A DNA stretch of 64,000 nt from an uncultured Rhodoferax sp. GTDB lineage: Bacteria > Pseudomonadota > Gammaproteobacteria > Burkholderiales > Burkholderiaceae_C. Shown one piece after another: positions 49,057 through 58,594 of the stretch. A program made the position numbers and the translations under genes. The stretch lies in assembly GCA_964558425.1 (NCBI GenBank), contig CAZLDV010000010.1:132-64131 (forward strand). Direction: 5' to 3'. Each line of letters starts with the position of its first letter. Position 1 is the stretch's first letter. The notes under the pieces are model-generated. The model was not told the DNA's origin. It did not search any database and saw only the letters and a list, made by a program, of their open reading frames with translations.

Positions 49057-52000
49057 ATGAGACCCGCCCCGCGCGCCGCGCCGGACCTCGATCTGCTGGT
49101 ACGTACCGAGCAGCTGCGCCAGCACCGGCTGATCCTGCCTGCCGCCGTCGCCAGCAGTGCCTTGCTGGGTCTGATGGTGGCCATCGTGCAGTCGCGCATC
49201 ACCGGCGCTGCGTCGGCGGCGGCCTGGTTGATCGCCCTGGCATTGGTTCTGGGGGCCAGATTCGGGGTCGCCATGCGCCGTGAACGCGCCGAGCCCGACC
49301 ATCGGCAACTGCGGGTCTGGCTCGGCCGCTATCGGCTGATGTCTCTGGCGCACGGCGTTGTGTGGGCCGCAGGCTGCGTGGTGCTGTTTCCCGCCACCGA
49401 TGTATCGCACCAATTGTTCCTGTCGTTTGCGCTGGCCGGCCTCTGTGTGAGTTCGCTCTCGGGCTATTCGTTCGACCTGCGGGCAGCCTTGTCGTTCTGT
49501 CTGCCGGTCTTGCTGGCGATGCTGACCCGCCTGTTGATGCTGGGCACCGATCCGGGCATCATGATGTCGGCCTTCGTGGTGCTTTTCATCGCGTACATGC
49601 TGGCGATCGCGCGGCGTGCCAATCGCACGATGCGCGATGCGGTTGCGCTGCGCGGCGCACAGGCAGCGCAACTGGCCGATGTGCATCGAAGCCACATGCA
49701 GCTGCAACGAGCCGAGGCGCTGGCCGATCTGGGCAGCTTCGTGTTCGATTGCGCCCGTGCGTCCTTGCGCTGGTCCGATGGCCACTTCCGCGTCTGGGGG
49801 CTGGAGCCCGGCAGTGTGACTCCCGATCGGGCAGTTTTCCTTGCCGGCGTGCATCCGGACGACCGCGAACGGGTCGACCTGCACCTGCAACGCGCGATCG
49901 ACGCCGGCACCGTCTCGGACTGCCGCTACCGGGTCTGCTGGCCGGACGGCAGCGTACGCCATGTGCTCGGTCGCAGCGAAGTGCAGCGTGACGCGCAGGG
50001 TCAGGTGCTCGCCGTCACCGGAACGGTGCAGGACGTCACGCACCAGACCTTCACCGAAGCCAGCCTGGTGGAAAAGCAGCAATTGCTGTCGGTGATGCAG
50101 CAAACGACCCAGCTCGGCTTCTGGTTCGTCGGCCCCGACGGACGCACGACCGGCGTCAATCCCGCGGTGCGCATCATGCTGGCCTGGCCCGACGATCGCT
50201 TGCACGGCCACGCCATCCTGGACTGTGTCGACTCCGCGTACGCGCGCCGCCTGCGCCTGGCACTGTCGGGTGCGGATGTGTCCGGGCAGCCGGCAACGCT
50301 GGTGGAAGTCAGGCGTGCAGACGCTAGCGTGGTGCATTGCCTGGCGCATGAAGCGACCTTGGTCGACAGTTCCGGCAGGGTCACGGGGCTGCTGGTGATG
50401 TTGTCCGATCTCAGCGCCGTGGAGCGGGCCCGTGCAGCCCAGCATGTCTCCGAATTCATTGTCAACTCGGTGCACGACATGGTGAGCATGACCGACCTGG
50501 ACGGCCGCTACCAGTTTGTCAACGATGCCTGGTGCAGACGCCACCGGATGCAACGCGAGCAGGTATTGGGGCGCACGATTGTCGAAGTGCTGCCCGACTC
50601 CATGGCGCAGCGGCGCACCGAAGCCTTGCGCCGCTGCATCGACAAACGCGCGTTGCAGGTGGTGCGGCTGGACTTGGACTTCCCGGGCCTGGGGCGGCGC
50701 GTGATGGAAGCGACGATGACGCCGTATTTCACCAGCGACACGCAGGTGCGTGGCGTGGTGGCGGTGATCCGGGACGTGACCGAGACGGAGGCGACCCGCG
50801 CCGCGCTGGCGCAAAGCCTGGAAAACCTGCAGCGCATCTTCAATGCCACCGCCGACGGCCTGTGCGCGCACGATGCGGCACACCCCATGGGACAGCTGCT
50901 GTTTGCCAACGACAAGTTCTTCGACATGTGGCATATGGCGGTGCATCCGGGGCGGCCACCCACCCGGGACGAGATTCTGGACGCGTCGAGCAAGATGTTT
51001 GTCGATCCGCCACGCGAGTTCGCCCGTATCGAGGCCATTCTCGCAATGGACACGCCACACACGGACCGGTTGGTGCTGCGCGATGGCCGGGTGTTTGAGC
51101 GGCGCAGCGTGCCGATGCGCAACGACTCCGGGCCAACCCGGGTCTGGACCTTTCGTGACATCACCTTGCAGGAGCAGGCCGCGGACGCCATGCGCGCCAA
51201 TGAAGGCCAGCAACGTGCACTGATGGATGCGTTTCCGGGATACGTCAGTGTGATCGACCAGGATTTCATCTACACCTACGCCAATCCGCGCATGGCCGAA
51301 CTGTTCGGCCGCACGGTCGACGAGATCGTCGGACACCATATGCGGGACCTGCTCGGTGAGAGCAACTACCGCAAGAATACCGAGGTGATGAAGCGGGTGC
51401 AGGCCGGTGAACGGGTGACGATCGAACGGCTGCATGACGCCACGGCCGAGCGGCCGGCGATCTATCAGCAGATGACGCTGGTCAGGGGTGCAAAAGGATC
51501 AGGGGGATTGCAGCGGTACTACGCATTCGGCATCGACATCACCGAGCTCAAGCGGGCCGAACTTGCGCTGCGGGCCGCCAAGGAAGACGCCGAACGCGCC
51601 GACCGGGCAAAAAGCGCGTTTCTGGCCAGCGTCAGCCATGAACTGCGCACGCCGCTCAATGCCATCCTCGGGTTTTCCCAGTTGCTGCGCACCGATGCGC
51701 GGGTCTCGCCCACCGTCAGCGACAACGCCGGGGAGATCGAACGCGCTGGCAGGCATTTGCTGTCGCTGGTGGATGACCTGATCGACCTCGGCGGCGTGGA
51801 GGCCGGCCGCCTGGAGTTGACGATGGCGCGTCTGACGGTCGAAACGGTCATCAACGAAGCCTTGTCGATGGTCGCGCCGCTGGCCGCCAACCAGGGCATC
51901 CGGATCGTCTTCGAGGGTGGAGATGCGCGCAATGCCGTGGTGCTGGCCGATGCAGTGCGGCTGCGACAGGTCGTCATCAACCTGTTGTCAAACGCCATCA

Positions 52001-54381
52001 AGTACAACCGGACCGACGGTTCGGTGCGGGTTTCGTGCCGCCACCGCCAGCCGGACGGGGATCAGCACGGCGCCAGCATCCGCATCGCCATTGCCGACAC
52101 CGGAGAGGGCATCGCGCCGGAGATGGCGAGCCGTGTTTTCTCGCCTTTCGAGCGCCTGGGCGCGGAACGGGGCGCGGTCGAGGGCACCGGCATCGGCCTG
52201 TCGATCTCGCGCCGTCTGGTCAGCGCGATGGGCGGCTCGATCGGCTACGCGAGCCGCTTGCACGAAGGCAGCACGTTCTGGATCGATCTGCCGCCGCTGA
52301 CGCCGGCGGCAACGGACGACGCCGCTGCGCAAGCCACCGCGTCCCCGCGCGCCGCGCAACTGCTGCTCCAGCGCGGCGCCCGACCCCGGATCCTGGTTGC
52401 CGAGGACTACGGGCCGAACCAGGCCGTGCTGCTGCAGCAACTGTCCAGCCTGGGTTGCAACGTGGACATCGTCAGCGACGGCGTCGAGGCATTGGCGCAC
52501 CGTGACGCGGCAGTCTGCGACCTGATCCTGACCGACCTGGACATGCCCCGCATGGGAGGTCATGAACTGGCGCGCGCGATTCGCCTGCAAGAGACGCAGG
52601 GCGCAAGCCGCATTCCGATCATCGCCATCAGTGCCGCCGTGGCCGCTGGCGAGCGGGAGCGCTGTATCGCCGCGGGCATGGACGACATGCTGACCAAGCC
52701 GATCTCGCTCGAGGCGCTGCACGCCATGCTGGCGCGCTGGTTGGGCGCTGGCGCAGCGCCAGATGCGCGGCTGCCGGCGCCGGTCAAGCCCGAGCCACCG
52801 GCCACAGCCACGGCTGCCGCCGTGCTCGACCTCGATGCGCTGTATGCGGTGCTCGGGCGGGTCAGCAGCACGCAGGCGGGCAAGTTGCTGGCAACCTTCC
52901 TCGACACCGCGGCCGAGGGACTGCGCCAGCTCGCCAGGGCCGAGCCGGATCCGGCCGCGCTGGCGCGTGAAATGCACCGGCAACAGTCGTCAGCGCGGAC
53001 CGTCGGCGCCTTGCGTTATGCGCAGATGGCGCAGTCGATCGAACAAGGCGCACCGTCGCAGGGGCCGGCCGGATTGGCGCAGTCGCTGCAATCGCTGGGC
53101 GAGGCGCTGCAACAGGTGCGCGCCAGCGCGGCCACGCTCGGCGCGATGGAGCCGACATCGATGCCGGCCCCGTTGCAGGCCGAGTCGGCGACGCACGAGT
53201 TGGTCGGTTCGGTGCTGATCGTCGACGATGACCCGGTCGTGCGCATGCAGATGCAGCAGATGCTCACCGGTCTGGGTATCGGCGACGTGCTGACCGCACG
53301 CAATGGCGTCGATGCGCTGCACCAGGTGGAACGCCGGCAGGATCCGCCGGATGTGGTGGTGTGCGACCTGAACATGCCCGAGATGGATGGTGTCGAGATG
53401 ATCCGCCGCTTTGGGCAAAGCGGCTTGCGCGCATCCCTCATCCTGATGAGTGGCGCCGACGAACAGCTGATGGCCACGGTCGGCAACCTGGCTGAGCTGC
53501 AGGGTCTGCGCGTGCTGGGCGAGGTGCACAAGCCCGCCACCCCGCAGCAGATGCGCGCGCTGCTGCAGGCACCCATGGCGCGTCCGATGGCCCGGCTGCC
53601 GATCGGCGGTCCGTCGGTGCTGACGCCGCAGGCCTTGCTGGCTGGAATTGCCCATGCCGAGTTCAGCGTCGTGTTCCAGCCGATCGTCAGGGCCGATACG
53701 CTTGCACCAGTCGGTGTCGAGGCGCTGGCGCGTTGGCAGCAGGCAGACGGCACACGCGTACCACCCGATCTGTTCATCGTCGCGGCCGAGCGCGCGGGCA
53801 TCATCGGGCAGTTGTCGGCTGCCCTGCTGGAGGCCGCCTTGCGCGACGGCGCGCGGCTGCACCGTGCGGGCTTCCGCCTGACCATCGCGCTGAACCTCTC
53901 GGCCTTGTGGCTGGATGACCTGCAGCTGCCGGACCTGTTGCTGCAGACGGCCCTGGCACAGGGTCTGCAACCGGCGGACATCCAGCTGGAGGTGACCGAG
54001 ACCGGGGTCACCAAGGACATCGCCACCGCGCTCGACGTGTTGACCCGCTTGCGCCTGAAGGGCTTCGGGCTGTCGATCGACGACTTCGGTATCGGCTATT
54101 CCTCGTTCGAGCAACTCGGGCGGATCCCGTTCACCGAACTCAAGCTCGATCGCAGCTTTGTCGCACGTGGCACCCGGGATGCGGCCGCGCGTGCGATTCT
54201 GGAGAGCAGCATGGCGATGGCCACCAAGCTGTCCTTGCGCACCGTGGCCGAAGGTGTCGAGACGGCGCAGGAGCTCGCGCTGGTGCGGCAGCTGGGCTGC
54301 GACGCCTTGCAGGGTTTCCTGATTGCGCAGCCGATGCCGGCCGATGAACTGATCGCGTGGCTGCACGCACGCGCGGCGTGA
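49057..54381 (+). CDS. Membrane hybrid sensor: TM region-5xPAS-HisKA-HATPase-REC-Hpt-like-REC-EAL
   Basis: SHELRTPLNAILG, NLLSNAIKYN, DTGEGI, GTGIGL; REC LTDLDMP; Hpt-like MHRQQSSARTVGA; REC VCDLNMP; EAL EALARW, DDFGIGYSS, KLDRSF, EGVET, QGF. Confidence 0.92.
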   Translation: MRPAPRAAPDLDLLVRTEQLRQHRLILPAAVASSALLGLMVAIVQSRITGAASAAAWLIALALVLGARFGVAMRRERAEPDHRQLRVWLGRYRLMSLAHGVVWAAGCVVLFPATDVSHQLFLSFALAGLCVSSLSGYSFDLRAALSFCLPVLLAMLTRLLMLGTDPGIMMSAFVVLFIAYMLAIARRANRTMRDAVALRGAQAAQLADVHRSHMQLQRAEALADLGSFVFDCARASLRWSDGHFRVWGLEPGSVTPDRAVFLAGVHPDDRERVDLHLQRAIDAGTVSDCRYRVCWPDGSVRHVLGRSEVQRDAQGQVLAVTGTVQDVTHQTFTEASLVEKQQLLSVMQQTTQLGFWFVGPDGRTTGVNPAVRIMLAWPDDRLHGHAILDCVDSAYARRLRLALSGADVSGQPATLVEVRRADASVVHCLAHEATLVDSSGRVTGLLVMLSDLSAVERARAAQHVSEFIVNSVHDMVSMTDLDGRYQFVNDAWCRRHRMQREQVLGRTIVEVLPDSMAQRRTEALRRCIDKRALQVVRLDLDFPGLGRRVMEATMTPYFTSDTQVRGVVAVIRDVTETEATRAALAQSLENLQRIFNATADGLCAHDAAHPMGQLLFANDKFFDMWHMAVHPGRPPTRDEILDASSKMFVDPPREFARIEAILAMDTPHTDRLVLRDGRVFERRSVPMRNDSGPTRVWTFRDITLQEQAADAMRANEGQQRALMDAFPGYVSVIDQDFIYTYANPRMAELFGRTVDEIVGHHMRDLLGESNYRKNTEVMKRVQAGERVTIERLHDATAERPAIYQQMTLVRGAKGSGGLQRYYAFGIDITELKRAELALRAAKEDAERADRAKSAFLASVSHELRTPLNAILGFSQLLRTDARVSPTVSDNAGEIERAGRHLLSLVDDLIDLGGVEAGRLELTMARLTVETVINEALSMVAPLAANQGIRIVFEGGDARNAVVLADAVRLRQVVINLLSNAIKYNRTDGSVRVSCRHRQPDGDQHGASIRIAIADTGEGIAPEMASRVFSPFERLGAERGAVEGTGIGLSISRRLVSAMGGSIGYASRLHEGSTFWIDLPPLTPAATDDAAAQATASPRAAQLLLQRGARPRILVAEDYGPNQAVLLQQLSSLGCNVDIVSDGVEALAHRDAAVCDLILTDLDMPRMGGHELARAIRLQETQGASRIPIIAISAAVAAGERERCIAAGMDDMLTKPISLEALHAMLARWLGAGAAPDARLPAPVKPEPPATATAAAVLDLDALYAVLGRVSSTQAGKLLATFLDTAAEGLRQLARAEPDPAALAREMHRQQSSARTVGALRYAQMAQSIEQGAPSQGPAGLAQSLQSLGEALQQVRASAATLGAMEPTSMPAPLQAESATHELVGSVLIVDDDPVVRMQMQQMLTGLGIGDVLTARNGVDALHQVERRQDPPDVVVCDLNMPEMDGVEMIRRFGQSGLRASLILMSGADEQLMATVGNLAELQGLRVLGEVHKPATPQQMRALLQAPMARPMARLPIGGPSVLTPQALLAGIAHAEFSVVFQPIVRADTLAPVGVEALARWQQADGTRVPPDLFIVAAERAGIIGQLSAALLEAALRDGARLHRAGFRLTIALNLSALWLDDLQLPDLLLQTALAQGLQPADIQLEVTETGVTKDIATALDVLTRLRLKGFGLSIDDFGIGYSSFEQLGRIPFTELKLDRSFVARGTRDAAARAILESSMAMATKLSLRTVAEGVETAQELALVRQLGCDALQGFLIAQPMPADELIAWLHARAA

Positions 54382-54408
54382 CGATGGCCAGATGTCTCTT
54401 GTCGCCGG

Positions 54409-55401
54409 TCAATCCACCTTGGCGCCCGACTCCTTGATCACCTTGGCCCACTTGACTGTCTCCGTCCTGATGAGCTGGCCCAGTTGTTCGGGCGTGCTGG
54501 GCAGGGGCTCCAGTCCTGCCGCGGAGAACTGCTCGCGAATCTCCGGCAAGTTCAACACACCGGTGATTTCATCGTGCAGGCGCGCCACGATCGCAGCGGG
54601 CGTGCCTGCAGGCGCGAGGATCGCAAACCAGCCGTTCGATTCGTAGCCGGGGATGCCGCTTTCCGCCAAGGTCGGCATGGTGGGACCCAGCGTCGAACGT
54701 TCCTTGCTCATCACGCCGATGACCTTGATGCGGCCGGACTTGAGCTGCGGCTGGATGGATGCGATGTCGGCGATGGCCAGCGAAGTGTCGCCAGACAGGA
54801 CTGCCAGCACGGCGGGCGCGCTGCCACGGTAGGGGACGTGCAGGATGTTGGTGCCGGTCATGGACTTGAGCAACTCTCCCGACAGGTGCATGGCGGTGCC
54901 GCTGCCACCCGACGCGTAGCTGAGCTTGCCCGGCTCGGCCCTGGCCAACGCCACCAGTTCGGCAGCCGTATTGGCTGGCAGGGACGCATTGGCAACCAGC
55001 ACGAAGGGGCTGGTGCCGAAGGTGGTGATGGGCGCGAAGTCGCGCTGCGGGTCGTAGGGCAGCTTGGAGTACAGCGTCGGGTTGGCAGTCAACCCGCCCG
55101 CCGAAGCCAGCACGATGGTGTACCCGTCGGCAGGGGCCTTGGCAACCAGATCGAGCCCGAGTCCGCCTCCGGCGCCGGGCTTGTTGTCCACCAGCACCGG
55201 CTGACCCAGGCGCTGGGACAGCCGGGGCGCCACGATGCGCGCGGCCGCATCGCTGCTGCCACCAGCGGGGAAAGTCACTACCAGGCGTATCGCCTTGGTC
55301 GGCCATGCAGGCGCCGCGGCGCTCTGTGCGTGTGCGGCAAGCATGGCCGTTAAACCCAGGGCCAGAACCAATGAGGCGCGTAGACGGGGAAGGGTGTTCA
55401 T
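54409..55401 (-). CDS. Bug/TctC tripartite tricarboxylate transporter substrate-binding protein
   Basis: WPTKAIRLVVTFPAGGSSD, DNKPGAGG, APADGYT, HVPYRGSAP, PTLAESG. Confidence 0.94.
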   Translation of the reverse strand: MNTLPRLRASLVLALGLTAMLAAHAQSAAAPAWPTKAIRLVVTFPAGGSSDAAARIVAPRLSQRLGQPVLVDNKPGAGGGLGLDLVAKAPADGYTIVLASAGGLTANPTLYSKLPYDPQRDFAPITTFGTSPFVLVANASLPANTAAELVALARAEPGKLSYASGGSGTAMHLSGELLKSMTGTNILHVPYRGSAPAVLAVLSGDTSLAIADIASIQPQLKSGRIKVIGVMSKERSTLGPTMPTLAESGIPGYESNGWFAILAPAGTPAAIVARLHDEITGVLNLPEIREQFSAAGLEPLPSTPEQLGQLIRTETVKWAKVIKESGAKVD

Positions 55402-55420
55402 GGTGCACATGTCTCCGTGG

Positions 55421-56488
55421 TCACAGCTTGAAAATCTGCTCGGCATTGGTCTGGAAGAACATTTTCTTTTGCATTGCGCTCAGCGGCAAGGCGTCACCCA
55501 TTGCCACCTCTTCGGGCACGTATTGGTAGGGGTAGTCCATCGCATACATCACACGATCGTGCCCCATTTGCTGCTGTACGAAGCTGATGGGTGGCTCCCA
55601 TGGCATGCCGCTGGTGGTGTAGTAGAAATTCTCTCGCAGGTAGTCGCTCGGTTTCTTCTTCAGCGGTTTGGCCCCTTCGCTGCGATTGGCGCGCACGATT
55701 CCGGCGTGCATGAAGTCGATGCGGTAGAGCCAGAACGGCAGGCCCTCGCCCAGGTGGCCGAGCACGATCTTGAGCCTTGGGAACCGGTCGAACACGCCAC
55801 TGACGATCAGACGCAGCGCATGCAAACCGGTCTCCGCGGCAAAGCCGAAGATCGCGGCGTCCAGACAGCGCGGCAGGAAGGGCGCGATCATCTGCGGCGA
55901 TGGCGTGTTGGGGTGAATGTAGACCGGCACGTCGAGCGCTTCGGCCGCGGCGAAGATGTCCCAGAACTTGGCGTCGTCGAGGTATTCACCCTGCGTGTGG
56001 GAGTTGATCACCACGCCCTTGAGGCCGAGCTGGCCGACACAGCGCTCCAGCTCCTTGGCCGCGGCCTGCGGAGCCTGCGGCGCAACCGCTGCCAAGCCGG
56101 CGAAACGCGCAGGGTGTTTGCGAATGATGGCCGCCAACTGGTCGTTGGTGGAAATGGCCAGTGCGCAAGCGGTCGCTGCATCGAATACCTGCACACCGGG
56201 CGAGGTCAGCAGCAAGAGCTGCATGTCGATGCCGGCGGCATGCATGTCCGCCAGGCGGCGTTCACCGACATCCTGAATGCGCTCGAACAGATCGCGGGCA
56301 CGCGGCGTCTGGCTGGTACCGAAGAAGCCCCACAAGCTGTAGAAGCCGGGATCATTGATCGACCTTGTTTCAATGATCTTCAGGTACTGCTGGATCAGCT
56401 CGGGCGTGGCCCAGGCTTCTTCGGTGGCGATGCGCTTGTAGGCTTGCGGGGGCGGTGTGTTCAAGGGTGTCTCCTGCGTTCGCGCCAT
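55421..56488 (-). CDS. ligW: Amidohydrolase-2 family non-oxidative decarboxylase, 5-carboxyvanillate decarboxylase-like
   Basis: RIATEEA, SLWGF, LTSPGVQ, INSHTQG, YIHP, GHLGEGLPFWLYR, RVMYAMDYPYQYV, FFQTNAE; closely resembles sphingomonad LigW as recalled from memory. Confidence 0.75.
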   Translation of the reverse strand: MARTQETPLNTPPPQAYKRIATEEAWATPELIQQYLKIIETRSINDPGFYSLWGFFGTSQTPRARDLFERIQDVGERRLADMHAAGIDMQLLLLTSPGVQVFDAATACALAISTNDQLAAIIRKHPARFAGLAAVAPQAPQAAAKELERCVGQLGLKGVVINSHTQGEYLDDAKFWDIFAAAEALDVPVYIHPNTPSPQMIAPFLPRCLDAAIFGFAAETGLHALRLIVSGVFDRFPRLKIVLGHLGEGLPFWLYRIDFMHAGIVRANRSEGAKPLKKKPSDYLRENFYYTTSGMPWEPPISFVQQQMGHDRVMYAMDYPYQYVPEEVAMGDALPLSAMQKKMFFQTNAEQIFKL

Positions 56489-56532
56489 TGGACGGCACAT
56501 CGATTCGTTTGTAAATCGATTAATTCTGTAGG

Positions 56533-56555
56533 ATTCATGCTTTTTGTTCATGAAT
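56533..56555. promoter_or_regulatory. Putative LysR binding site
   Basis: ATTCATG-N9-CATGAAT dyad in the divergent ligW/lysR gap, overlapping the lysR ATG. Confidence 0.5.
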
Positions 56556-57461
56556 AAATCCTTCTCGCCTACGGTACGGCAATTGCGCGCCTTCCTGGCC
56601 GTCTATCGGTTGCGCAAGCTTGGCGCCGCGGCCGAACAGCTCTTCGTGACGCAGTCGGCCATCAGCGTGCTGATCCGGCAACTCGAAGAAGGCCTGCAGG
56701 CTCGCCTGTTTGACCGCACCACGCGTTCGCTGCGTCCCACCCAGGCCGCCCAGGAGGCCGCCGTGGTGGCGGAGCGCATTCTGCGCGACGTGGACTCGCT
56801 GGGTGCGGTGTTTGGCGACATGAGTTCGTTGCGCCGTGGACGTGTCTGTCTGGCCATCACGCCCACGCTCGCCGGCATGCTGCTGCCCGCGGCGATTCAC
56901 AGGTTTTGCGCCATGCATCCGCAGGTGCAGGTGGTGGTGGACGACTGCGCGCCAGACCAGTTCTCGGCGCGGGTGCTGGGCGAGCATGTGGATTTCGGCA
57001 TCGGCACACCGGAACGCGTGGGCGGCGAGCTGGAACTGCAGACCCTGGTATGCGACCAGTTGTGCCTGGTCTGCCTGCCGACCCACCCACTGGGGCGCAG
57101 AAAGTCTCTGCGTTGGCGCGACCTCGACGGCCATCCGGTGGTGGCAGGCAGGCCGGGCTACGGTGTGCGCCAGCTGGTGGATGTGGCCGCCTCCACGGCC
57201 GGCATCTCACTCAAGGTCGTCAACGAAATCTCGTTCCTCTCCACCGGTCTGTGGATGGCCGCCACCGGCATCGCCCCGGCCATCATGCCTTCGGCTTACG
57301 CCACCTATTCACACTACAAGGATCTGGTGATCAAGAAGCTGCACGAACCGACGGTGTCGCGCGACGTGTTCGTGGTGACGAAGAAGGGACGTTCGCTGTC
57401 GGTGGCGTCGCAAAGCTTCGTCGCGGTCATGCGCGCCGAATCGATGCACGAGCCCGCGTGA
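56550..57461 (+). CDS. LysR family transcriptional regulator
   Basis: RQLRAF..AAEQLFVTQSAISVLIRQLE..LFDRTTR; divergent from the ligW-like gene. Confidence 0.93.
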   Translation: MNKSFSPTVRQLRAFLAVYRLRKLGAAAEQLFVTQSAISVLIRQLEEGLQARLFDRTTRSLRPTQAAQEAAVVAERILRDVDSLGAVFGDMSSLRRGRVCLAITPTLAGMLLPAAIHRFCAMHPQVQVVVDDCAPDQFSARVLGEHVDFGIGTPERVGGELELQTLVCDQLCLVCLPTHPLGRRKSLRWRDLDGHPVVAGRPGYGVRQLVDVAASTAGISLKVVNEISFLSTGLWMAATGIAPAIMPSAYATYSHYKDLVIKKLHEPTVSRDVFVVTKKGRSLSVASQSFVAVMRAESMHEPA

Positions 57462-57517
57462 ACGTCGGCAGCTCCGGCTGCAAGCTGTCGTCGGGGTGTC
57501 CGTGAACGGACGCGCGG

Positions 57518-58594
57518 TCATCGGCCCAGGGCCTGCGCCACCGCGCGACCCAGTTCGATCACCGCCATCGCGTAATAGCTGCTCCAGTTGTAGCGGGTGA
57601 CGACGTAGAAGTTCTCGGTGCCGGCAACGTAACCCGGCTCGGCGTCGCCGTTGTGCAGCTCCACCAGCGCCAGTGGGCCCGGGTGCTGCAGCGCTGATTC
57701 CTCCAGCAAGACGCCTTTGGCGGTCATCGAAGCGGCGCTGAAGGTCGGCAGGATATCGGGCGCGAGCAAGGTCTCGAGGTCCAGCGTTGCCCGGTCGAAA
57801 CGCACCGGGTAGTGGGTGGGCATGCCCTTGACCCAGCCGAAGGCGGCGAAGTAGTTCGCAACCGAGCCGATCGCATCGGACGGACTGCGAAACAGGTCGA
57901 CACGGCCGTCGCCGTCGAAATCGATCGCGTAGCGGACCCAGCTTGACGGCATGAACTGCGGCAACCCCATGGCGCCGGCGTAGCTGCCGCGCAGTTGCAT
58001 CGGGTCGAGGTCCGAGCGCTGGGCCAGCGAGAGCAGTTGCTCGAGTTCGCGTTGAAAGAATGCGCGTCGCTCGGCGGCACGCGGGTGTGCATCCGGAAAA
58101 TCGAAACTCAGCGTTGCCAGCGCATCCATCACCCGAAATTCGCCGACCTGACGGCCATAAATGGTTTCCACGCCGATGATGCCGACGATGATCTCGGCCG
58201 GCACGCCGAATGTCTGCTCCGCGCGTTCGAGATCGGCCTGGTTGGCCTGCCAGAACGCCACGCCGGCCCGGATGCGGACCGGATCGATGAAGCGATTGCG
58301 GTAAACCTGCCAGTTCTTCGGCGTTCCGCCGGGCGCCGGCAACACCCATCGCGTGACCTGCGGCAGCAGCCGGGACTGGCCGATGACGCTGCGAACCCAG
58401 TGGTGGTCAAGCCCGCGGCGCTCGGCGATGTCGTCCGCGAAACGCATGGCGTCGGCGCGCTGGGCATAGGTCCCGGCCGTGTTGGCGACCGGGCGCTTGC
58501 CGTGCGCCCTGGCGGCCCAGCTGTCCATGCCCAGGGCCAGCCCCAGACAGGATGCGATGCACAGTGTCAGGACGGTTCGGGCAATCGGAGTCAT
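57518..58594 (-). CDS. mltB: Lytic murein transglycosylase B
   Basis: IIGVETIYG, DALATL, GSYAGAMGLPQFMPSS, EF-hand-like DFDGDG, DAIGSVANY, TRYNWSSYYAMAV. Confidence 0.93.
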   Translation of the reverse strand: MTPIARTVLTLCIASCLGLALGMDSWAARAHGKRPVANTAGTYAQRADAMRFADDIAERRGLDHHWVRSVIGQSRLLPQVTRWVLPAPGGTPKNWQVYRNRFIDPVRIRAGVAFWQANQADLERAEQTFGVPAEIIVGIIGVETIYGRQVGEFRVMDALATLSFDFPDAHPRAAERRAFFQRELEQLLSLAQRSDLDPMQLRGSYAGAMGLPQFMPSSWVRYAIDFDGDGRVDLFRSPSDAIGSVANYFAAFGWVKGMPTHYPVRFDRATLDLETLLAPDILPTFSAASMTAKGVLLEESALQHPGPLALVELHNGDAEPGYVAGTENFYVVTRYNWSSYYAMAVIELGRAVAQALGR

